A stretch of DNA of 64,000 nt, taken from the NCBI GenBank assembly GCA_907165135.1, contig OU015567.1, positions 620,001-684,000 on the forward strand, in the 5' to 3' direction. Source of the DNA: Oikopleura dioica (Eukaryota; Animalia; Chordata). Every line of letters starts with the position of its first letter. The stretch's first letter is position 1. Positions 50,886 through 64,000 of this stretch are shown piece by piece. The notes below the pieces were generated by a model. The model did no database searches and was not told the DNA's origin. It saw only the letters and a list, made by a program, of their open reading frames with translations. Made by a program: the position numbers and the translations under genes.

Positions 50886-51530
50886 GATAATTTCAAAAAA
50901 ATTTTTGCGGGTCTGAAAATCGTAAAAATTCTGAAAGTGCAGTTTTCTTCAGCTTGTTGAGACGAGTCGAATGGTGGGTCAAACTCTTGATAACTCCAAG
51001 GATTGACCGGTTAACCGGCTTGTTACCGGAAAATACGTTTCCGCTCGCCGTTTTTGTGCTAGAAATGCTAGGATGATGAATGAACCCGGAAACTGATCCT
51101 TATGGTCAGTTCTACTGTGGGCAAAAAGATATTGGTCAAATATATAGCGAAACTTTTTTTAACGATAAAAATTCTAAATGTTGTATATATTTCGTTGTTG
51201 CTGCACCTTCCTAATTTTCGGTCCCATTTTCATAAGAAAATAGAATTTTGGTGATTAGCATCTTATGGTTAGAGATATGATTCTCATTTTTTCACCCACA
51301 GAAGAACTAACTTCAAGGACCAGTTTCCCGCTTTTTTTGTCATTCTAGCATTTCTAGAACAAAAACGGCGACCGGAAATGTATTTTCCGGGAAATTGCCG
51401 GCTAACCGGTTAATCATTGGAGTCATCAAAAGTTTGACCCATCATTCGACTCGTCTCGACGAGCTCAAGAAAACTGCACTTTCAGATTTTTTATGATTTC
51501 CGGACCCGCAAAAATTTTTTTGAAATTATC
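50886..51530. mobile_element. Foldback MITE with long (~250 bp) imperfect TIRs
   Basis: GATAATTTCAAAAAAATTTTTGCGGGTC...GACCCGCAAAAATTTTTTTGAAATTATC; probable AGT TSD; absent at the homologous sites near 7605 and 25410. Confidence 0.85.
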
Positions 51531-51913
51531 AGTTAGCTGAGAATGTTTCTCTCTCTGGAGAAAATCACCGGGAAAGAGAGTTTCTAGGGCAAGTTTGTTT
51601 TCTTCTCGAAATTTCGTATCTTTTCAAAATAATTTTTTTTTATTAGAAAATTGCTAAAAATCGATGATATTTATATTAAGGCGACAAAGCAGAGCTTCTT
51701 ACATTAAAAAAAAACTAAAACGAAAAAGCAAAAAACTTGGCCATCTGGAGACTATTGGAAGTTATTTTATATGATATAAGATCATTTCAATTCCAGCTGT
51801 AGGTTATCTTACATAGGGATCAATAATTAATTTCAAACTGTGTTTCTACTTGAGATTTTTTATTTGCAATGCGCGCTATTTTCAAGATTTAGTCTCTTAT
51901 TATGATTCATAAC

Positions 51914-54900
51914 TTATGAACAGTAGTAAGCGGGAACTTCCATTAGAAGAGGGATCAAACCCAACTCAACAGAATTTCCGATAATTCGTTTATTGATCAG
52001 TTCGTCTCCTTCGAAATCAAGTCGTTCTATAGTATAGGGGGTTCGATAGCCAGAGACGATGAAAATTGCATTTTTGATCATTATTGCAGATCCGGAAGAG
52101 ACCGCCTTAATTGATTTGATAATTTTAGGAACGAAACGAAACAAAGAAAGTGTGGAGTAGGAGAGTATAAAAAGAAAGCTTGAAAGTGTTTTTTTAAGTA
52201 GGGTTGCCTCATTTAGAAAATAAAATAACTAGTCATGGTTTTAAGAAGATTTTTCTCAGAATTTGAGTAAAATATAAAACGCAAATTTATTCGCTTGACT
52301 ATTTGCAAAAACTCAAAATAAATAAGCTTAAAGCTTTCGTGTGATACAGTATTATTGATCAGTGATACTTCTTTTTGCGGACTTTCTAGATTTGCACTTT
52401 CTAGCTCCATTCTTTCGATTTTTGATTCGATTCGCGGTTCATTTAAATTTTTTTTTGTTACTTTTTGGAGGTCTCCGATTTTCTCCCAATCCAATGTCTC
52501 GCTCGTGAGACGCCAAATTGAATCGAAATAATGAGTTGTACGAGGCCAATCACATCTATAATACGATCCTCCAGCAAGCAAAAGGTTCCCACTGGGAAGG
52601 CTTACCAAAACATGATGCGAAATATGTCTTAAAAGGGTGAAAATAAATAATTGATTTTAAACTACCTTTCGGGGAAGTCGGGAAGTCCTGACCAGCCAAA
52701 AGAATGAAGACTCTCCACTTTATTCCTTTCGTAACAAGAACCGTAACTAAACCGTCCGTAAGAACCTCCAACTGTTGTTGGTTTTCCTCTAAAGTAACCA
52801 AGTTTTCCTCCATGATGCGTAAATCGGGAAGAAAAGGTGGACATTGAATATTCTCCATCATGGACTTCGCATTTGTTTTTGTCGAAAACATCAAAGCAAA
52901 TTAATGCCTTTTCTCCATTTTCGATGGATAGTGCAGCTCCGCCATTGGAAAATTTATTGATTAATTGAGTCGGAATTTCCTTCCATATGCATCCTTCAAG
53001 TTTCGCCACCTTGAAAATAATTTTAGGGAATTATCTTTTTTTTTTTTACTTTTCGAAGATCCGAGTGTCCTCCAAAAGCAAACAGCTCGTTTTTGACGAT
53101 CGCATGTCGACATAAAAGATATCCGGCGACACAATTGCTGCGTTGCTCGTTTTCGAACCATCCATTCTTTTGTTATGTATTCGCCCATAACCAAAATTGC
53201 CCTTTCATAATTGTGAATAAATCTTTTCATTTTTGTAAAACTATCGAATTTAAAAATCCGTATTTTTTCGTTTCCGACAAATTTGAGGCCGTCAATTTTG
53301 AATCTTAAGGTATTTTTGTATGTCTGCAAATTCTATTATTGCTCAGTAATACGGATCTTATCAAAAACTTATTCTTATATATTACTGTCCCTCGTTTACT
53401 TCTAAAACATATGAATCATTCAAGTCCGATGATTTGAAATATAATTCCCATTCCGACAATTTTGTTACATTCGCCCGGAAGAATAACCGTTCTTCTAAGT
53501 AATCAGAACAGAGTTGCAAATTTGCTGAGCTGAGTGAGCTGAGCTGAGTGAGCTGAACTGGCTGAGTGAGCTGAGCAGTCGCTCAGCTCAGCTCAGCTCA
53601 CTGATTTTCGAAAATGGATTTATCTGCTCAGCTCAGACAATAATCACTCAGCTCAGCTCAGCTCAATTATTCTCGAACATGATCTGTTATGCTCAGCTCA
53701 GCTCAGACAAGTATCATTCAGCTCAGCTCAGACAAGTATCATTCAGCTCAGCTCAGCTCAGCTCAATGATTTTAACACAATTTCACTACTAAAAAACAGT
53801 AAAAATTGGCTCAAATGTGCTCACTCAGCTCAGCTCAGCTCTAATTAGGGTCTGCTCAGCTCAGCTCAACTACCTTAAACAAGGTCTGCTCAGCTCAGCT
53901 CAGCTCAATGACCTCTGAAAATGGCCAGCTCAGCTCAGGTCAGCTCAGTGAGCTCCGAAATAAGCCAGCTCAGCTCAGCTCAGAGAATTTCTCACTCAGC
54001 TCAGCTCAGCTCAGCGAAAATAAAGCCAAATTTGCAACTCTGAATCAGAATCTATCCAATAAGAATAATTATCATAAGCTCCAAAAGAAAGCAGAGAACT
54101 CCCATCGAAAAAGCTACACTCCATAATTTTTGTTTCTTCGAAAATGCCTTCTTCCTCCGAAGCGATTATTTTGAATATAAAGCTCTCGGTTTGATTGAAT
54201 TTCATTTCAAGAGTTGAAATGTGATTCAACTCTCCAAGAGAAGTAAAAAATTTATCCGGAATGATTGTTTCTCGGCCAAAACTCGGAGGGTAGCGTTGTT
54301 GGGAAACAGCGTTTTTGACGAAACCAGGAAAAACGTTGTCGTGAAATGAAAAAGAGGGATTGCTCGTGACGTGCATTTGTTTATTCGATGGCTGCTTCAC
54401 AAACTCGAGCTCGATTATGTCTTTTTGAAGAATTTGAAAAATTCATTTTAATTTTTTAATTAAGAAAACATTAAATTAAATCCTTTCCAAAAAAAAACTT
54501 GACTTCAAACGAAAAATCAAAAATATAATTATGAATAAAGATTCTCTCATCGTGAACTATGCCGTTTCCAAAGTATTCGCACTCGTCATTGTTATAGCCC
54601 GATGGACCAGTGTACCAGCCATCGGAAGCGAACAATTTTGAATAACAAACGGATTTTTCATCAAAAGTATCTTCATATTTTGCAAGCGAACCGATCCACT
54701 CGCGGCCAAGACTCAAGAATTTTCCTTCTTCCTCGAGCAGCACAGAATAAAGCGTGTTTGAGAGAGCAATACTTCTTGCCACTATCATCAAAAGAAATTT
54801 ATCTACGTCGATCTTTCTTGGGTCAAAAATGAACATGTCTTCAACTTAAAGTTTGCATAGACCCATTCCAGAGGAACCACGTGGACAGGATCAAGTTCTG

Positions 54901-56922
54901 CTAGTTCCACTGGAAGACGAAAATCGCCCTTTTTCCATCCTTTTTCTAATTCCTCCTGTTTTCGTATTCTGTTCAGAGCGATCGTTGTCGACAACTTAAT
55001 ATAATGATCCCCCAGCTTGATGCTCATCAAGTAAAAAACTCCCTTGAAGCTGATCGATGAAACTTTCCCGCTTATGTGATTGCTGGCTATGTAACCTTGA
55101 GCTTCTTCAAAACGATTGAGATTATAATCCGGAGCGTAGAAGAAGCACTTGTCCTCTCGTCCAGTTGGACGGCTTGAAATGGTCAAAATTGTCGCTCGCC
55201 CATTCATTGTTTTTTAAGGACCCCCCGGTAATGGATTCTACGGATAAAAAAAAAGATTTCGAGGCTTCATTTTTGGGGGTCTATTTCGACTCCTTCACCC
55301 CTAAAATCGCATTTGAAAATTGGACTTTTCGTCGGAAAATGACGAATTTGCCCTAATTTTGCCAAAAATATTGATTTTTCTTGGTCTAAAATTGCTCTTA
55401 TCAAGTTTTTGAAGCAAGTTAACTCTGAGGACGCAATAAAAACCAAAAATATGGTGTTTTGAAAATTTTCCATTTTTCGAAGAAAAGAGCTGACGGGGGT
55501 CCTTAAACAGTCTCATTTTTTTGACCTTTTACAAATGACAATCACTGGAAAAACTTTTCTGTCATTTTGCTTTAATAAAATTTCGATTGAATGAGTCCCG
55601 ATCGAGGATCCAAAATGGAAAACAAAGAAGCCGCTGTAAATATGGAAGAAAGCTACGAATGATATAATAACCTACAGATTTTTGCGTCGATTGGATATAA
55701 ATATTGGGGCAGTGCCACGCTCTGTTAATCTGATGAAGTTTCCCAGTGCATCGACTAAATAGTGTTCGCCATTGAGGAAAGTAGCGCCGGTAGACTTTCA
55801 AGATTTTTCGAAAAATCAGTTTTTAACCCCAAAATTTTGAATTTTCGAGAAAAACGTTCATAAGGAAATAAATAATCTGAAGCATTATTTTGTTTGGTTT
55901 TTCCATAAAAATCGGAAAAGATTATCTGAAACTTTTGTTTTTGTAACAACTCTCGATCTTCCAAGCGGCCAGTTATAAGCTCAATATCACCATTTGAACT
56001 AAAGATCTCTTCGTCCGATATTTCCGTGTTTATCGCGCTTTTTCTTAAATCGAAAACGGGAGTCATTTTCTGTCGCGATTCAACCTTCTCGCACACGTAA
56101 TAAGGACAGGGGCATCCTTTTGGACAATTTTTCTGAAATGGGCAAATTTCTCCAGATCCCTCCGAAGCTCTTGTCAATCGAAAACACATCGACTCACAGG
56201 GCGTGATGGGGTAAGTCCTCGTTGATTCCAAAACAAGCGTTTCCGAGCAGAGATGTCGGCAGATTTTTGGTCGTAAAACTGTTTCTTCTGACAGCGTCGG
56301 AGATTCACTTCGTTTTCCTCTTCGGAAAAGTCAAGCGGCGCAGGTTTGGCGCGTTCGATCAGAGAAACCGGTTCCGGGAGGATAAATTCTTGAGTTTCAA
56401 AGCATAGCTTCATCAAATGCCCGCAGTAGTCCATTTCGGCGATTCGAACGCATTCCTTGTAATTTCGATTGCAAGTCGAAGTCAGAAAAGTCGTCACCGC
56501 GCGGGATTTCTTCAGAGAATGCAAATTCGCTTGAAATGTTTTGGATAATGACAAAATAAAAAGATACCTAACAGCATCACAGTTATCCAAAACAGCGAGC
56601 CAATACTTAGATAGGAGCCCATTTGAAGCATGGTCGAAAATCCGTGCTTGGCAAAGCTCAATTGCGCGGACACTTTTTTCTTCCATGTCTTCTCTGTTTT
56701 CAATTTTTGGATGTGATGCTTTTGAGTGTGAATGCTTCGGGTCGTCAAGACTTTTTCCGGAAACAAGTAAACTTTCTTTCCCCTTTTCCTCAATACGCCG
56801 ATGCAGTCGCAATCAAGACACTTTTATAAAATAATCTTCTTTTTTAGCAAAAGTTTAGTTACCTGAATTTTTGCTCGAAAACAAAGTTTTTTCTTTCTCT
56901 TTTTTGCTTCTTCGATAACCAT
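51914..56922 (-). CDS. Family-Y gene, diverged inverted paralog (TM + Cys-rich + kelch-like), one exon hit by an hAT-like MITE
   Basis: MVIEEAKK...KIQ|CLDCDCIGVLRKRGK; CPFQKNCPKGCPCPYYVC; TISSRPTGREDKC; VFGG...KLEGC; TVGG...KVE; ends PAYYCS. Exon order matches 9276-16980. Confidence 0.6.
53509..54042. mobile_element. hAT-like AGCTC MITE, independent insertion
   Basis: 8-bp TSD AATCAGAA; TIR CAGAGTTGCAAATTTG; splits the WIDSD|YLEER coding sequence. Confidence 0.92.
55218..55502. mobile_element. TTAA-flanked MITE, GGACCCCC(C)G termini
   Basis: TTAA|GGACCCCCCG...CGGGGGTCC|TTAA; internal part similar to the reverse complement of 15620-15720. Confidence 0.85.
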
Positions 56923-57287
56923 AGCGAGTTATCTCTTATAGAGAAAAAAGGACTATTTTGAAGGAAAAACGAAAAAGCGCTTGTTGATAAAAGTCCTCGT
57001 CAGTGGTACTTGTTTGAGACTTTGACAGTTTGAATTCCGTCTTTCTTCTTTTTGAATGTCAGAAGCTCTGACACAACATAGTGAAATTAAAAAAAATTTC
57101 TAGCGAAATCGTCGCAAAAAAAACTCTCGAATCTCTAGTTCCTGGAATAAGCAAAAAGTCTCTAGATGGCGAAGCTTGACCGGCATTATTCTCATTTTGG
57201 CCTCACTCGTTTCATATTTTATCCCCGTTTTTTTGCAGTTGAAAAAAGTCGACAAATTTAAAGAGAAAAGAAGCAGTGCCTCAGAAG

Positions 57288-60828
<3,541 letters not shown>

Positions 60829-61421
60829 ACTAACCGATTAACTGTTTTTATAATTTGTTTTATAATGTTAGAATTTCCTGTGTAAATAAAGATCTTGACG
60901 AAAGAAACCAAATGAGAAGAAGAATTTTTGAATCCTTCTTTTTCTTTGTTTTAAGTGAATAGTTACTGTATTGTATTTTGGCATGAGAGATCAGCGCAGT
61001 TGAAGAACACCGAAATGGAGTGAGCAGTTTCTGTTTAAAAATAGTGACTGAGGAATGAAAAAATAAGCAGTTCTTATCCTTCTGGGAAGTGAGTATGTAC
61101 AGCTTGAAAAGAGGAAGGATGAATGATTATTGCTAGGTGGTGGAAATAGAAACTTAGAATAGTATTCGGCTGAGAAGGTAAAACTTGTCGGCTAGACCGG
61201 TGATTTTAACCTGTTTACGCGTCACGACCATTTCTAGGGCCGATTTCCTTTTTGGCCATAAATTGGTCGATATGCGCAGACAGGTTAAATTAGATATAAA
61301 AAGGCGAGTGAAGAGAGCAAATGTACAAAGTATGGCGTTTTATCAGGATCCTCATTCTACATTTTTAAGGGTCTGAAAGTATATAAATAAAAAGTGTCGA
61401 TTTGTTCTATTTTTCTTCATG

Positions 61422-63264
61422 TCAGTTGTCTGCTTTTTGAACAGGCGGGCTCAAGCTTATGCGTTCCTCCGCGTAGACGGTCGAATCGGCGAATTGCTCA
61501 ACGTCGGGAAGTGCTCCTTCTTGCCTGTTGCCGCGTTGCTTGACACAGTGAAGCACGGAGAGGGTCATGGAAACGAGGATAAGGAGGGGGATGAAGATTG
61601 AAGTTGAACGCACGGCTACTTCGGCTTCGTTTCTAAATTTAAATCAATGTCTGGTAATATCTGGTTATCTTACCTGGGTTGTAGGCCTTGAACATGGGTT
61701 GTATTGAAATAATAAAATCTTTTCGTTTTCGTCGGAATCGCATGATATCCGAGGAAATTCTTGTGTCTCTTCGTCTCTGGGCAATTTTCGTAGCTGATTT
61801 CAGTCGTGGAAGTGTTCTTTGGGCATAGATTTGTGACTTCGATAGGCTTGGAAATTGAAACGCGCCACAGATCGTGCGCCAGGCGATGGGAACACTTGGA
61901 GAATTGATCGAGAAGGTCGAATTTTTGGCAGCCGGATTGGGTGCGGCCGCCGTCAGGCCAGATGTCCAAGTGGCCGATGTTTTCGAAGACGCCGAAGCCA
62001 AATGCGTTTGTGTGGATCACTGAGGAACGGATGAAAAGCTGCTTCGAAGAATGCTAAAGCAATGAAAAACTTACCAGAAACAAACTTAGCGTCCGTTGGA
62101 TCGAGTCTGGAATCAACTGGAGCCGCTTGATCCTTGAAAATCTCCACTTGTACCGGCTTGTCTTCATAAAACTGAGCTAAAAACGAAAAATGATCTCATT
62201 GCGTCTCTTTGTTTGATTTTACCTTGAAATTCTTTGAACCAAGCTTTGATATCAAAGTTCTCAAATCCTTCGCTCCAGGAAGAAAAGCTCGATGAAGAAT
62301 CGCTTGAATTGTCTTCTGGCGCGAGGGTGGTTGTAGAAGGCTGAAGCGGCTCAGGCTTACTGTATAATTTGAAGGCTTCGTCGCTGATGAAATATGGACC
62401 AGCCGGATCAAGTCCGTCGATTCGGTCGACTTCGAAGCTGCCGTTCGAGATGGTGCGGAGCCAGAAGCCTGCCTGGCCGCAGACGTGGGAGCCAAGGCTG
62501 TGGCCGACCAGGTGAATCTTCAGCGAGGGGTTTTTGAGCTTTACGTCGTAGAGAAATTTACCCAAAAGGCGGCCCGCAACTAAATCTACCTCAAAAAGAG
62601 CTTTTTAACTAACTTTACCTTGCGTATTTGTCGCAGCTCTTCCATAGTTCCAAAAGTCCTCAGCACCATTACTCCAGTCGAACTCCAAAACGCTCGGAGG
62701 TCGAGAAAGGTTGAAGAGATCAGCTCTAGCAGGCTCAGTCCACCGGGTCGTTTCACCGTTGTCCATTGAATCGACGAAACCGTGGGTAAAGACGACCAGT
62801 TTCTCGGGAAAGTCCGTTTTTTGAATAAATTTTTCAGTGCCGTTTGTCCAGTAATCGCTTTTTGAAAGGATATTTATAAAGAAAAGAACTGACAGCTGCG
62901 CTCGGCGACCTGTGTAGATACCTGAGTCAGGGTTTGTTAAACCTGTAGGACCCAGTCTCAGATCGCCGTGCTCAGACTGACAGTATTCAAGACTGTATCT
63001 AAATCCTTTCCTAAGAACTTCATACTTCTGCGTTTCGTTTTGCCTTTCCTTCGTATAATAGAAAAACTTGGGCTGGATCACTTTGGGACTGTCAGGTTCA
63101 CACTTCCAGAAGCTAGAATCGAACGAGCCGATTCCAAACTCCGAGAAGTCGACTGTCCCATTCCACTCGCAGAATAATCGCTCGGCAGTGTCGAGGACAT
63201 TTCGCGAAGTGAGACAACTCAGGCAGAGAGCAGGCAGGAGCGAGAACTCGAGCCAGGGACGCAT
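61422..63264 (-). CDS. Pancreatic-lipase/phospholipase A1 family protein with signal peptide and predicted C-terminal TM anchor, 5 exons
   Basis: FTHGF, HLVGHSLG, GLDPAGP, LDPTDAKFV, VIHTN, GHLDIWPDGG..QSGC, CSH. GT-AG introns include 62586-62618 and 61633-61673; the latter joins in frame to the 61422-61613 ORF. Confidence 0.85.
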
Positions 63265-63580
63265 CGTCACGTGAAATTAGGACAAATCATTTCTGAAAAG
63301 AAAACAGGGGTTATTTTTAACATTCCAAATTGAAGCTAATAAATAAGCACAGAGAGTGATAATAAAGTCCTAATATCCCGCACTCGAAAATCTCTACTGA
63401 AACCTGAGTCAGGGTTCTGAAACGCGATTGTCGATTTTATAAATTATGATTTGACATAAAAAATAATCGCAATTGTTTCTCAAGGTGCGCAATCACAGCT
63501 CACAAGTGGGCCTGGTGATTGACGACAGTGTATCATCACGAAATCTATCAAATTTTTGATAAAAGTAACTGCTTTTCGGG

Positions 63581-63647
63581 GGTGACGGCGGGAGTGAGTC
63601 TTTGTAAAGATTGAGTCTTTTTGTAAAGACTCATTCCCGCCGTCACC
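63581..63647. repeat. Short inverted repeat (~23-bp arms) built on AAAGACTCA/TGAGTCTTT motifs that recur at 63910-64000
   Basis: GGTGACGGCGGGAGTGAGTCTTT...AAAGACTCATTCCCGCCGTCACC. Confidence 0.6.
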
Positions 63648-64000
63648 GCGCGGTATCGGCGGGAGTGTGTCTTTGTTCTAGAAACTTTTTCAACTTGAAA
63701 ATATAGTCGAAGCGGTAAACGTATAACCCGTTTTATCAATGAATTTTCTCTAAGACAAGCGCGGAGCGCACAAACGGTCAGAAAATGGTTTGAAATGTCA
63801 TTTTCAAGTTGACTTTTAGGTTATTCCTTCATGTTAAATAAGGAACTGATGAATAGAAATGATTCAGAAGAGACAACAAATTTTTTTCTAGAGACGTAAA
63901 CAATTGCTCGAAAAAGACTCAGTCTTTTATTTTTCTAAAAAAAAGACTCACTGCCCGAAGAAAAAGACTGAGTCTTTGCGCGAAGACTCAGTCTTTACAA

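Larger units (their letters stand above)
37531..51600. repeat. Tandem segmental duplication, partial unit C (interrupted by the LTR element)
   Basis: Homologous to 20386-~25500; homology is lost near 51600. Confidence 0.88.

Noticed and set aside
61422-61613. Independent small secreted peptide
   Set aside because: No ATG precedes the hydrophobic stretch, and it joins the lipase in frame through a canonical 41-bp intron.
62586-62619. GG-AG intron in the lipase
   Set aside because: A canonical 33-nt GT-AG intron restores the frame (TQ|DLVAG).

Overview
Compact, AT-rich eukaryotic DNA with mostly 33-90 bp introns and several GA-AG, GC-AG and GG-AG introns. This points to a larvacean tunicate such as Oikopleura (inference, no database check). 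Positions ~1.1-51.6 kb are a tandem segmental duplication with a ~17.1 kb period. It carries three copies of a head-to-head pair of paralogous, unidentified type-II membrane protein genes and two copies of a large Cys-rich/kelch-like gene; a diverged, inverted third copy of that gene lies at 51.9-56.9 kb. The duplication is densely hit by mobile elements: a full-length Penelope-like retroelement (RT + GIY-YIG, inverted and direct pLTRs, hammerhead ribozymes, 12-bp TSD), an 83-bp hammerhead-only insertion at the homologous site of the paralogous gene, a 9.66-kb LTR-int-LTR-int-LTR non-autonomous element with no recognisable gag/pol, and many MITEs (8-bp, TTAA, TA and 3-bp TSD types). The right end holds a complete 10-exon Na+/K+-ATPase alpha gene and a convergent pancreatic-lipase-family gene with a predicted C-terminal membrane anchor. 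All alignments, counts and splice models were made by eye and need computational confirmation.
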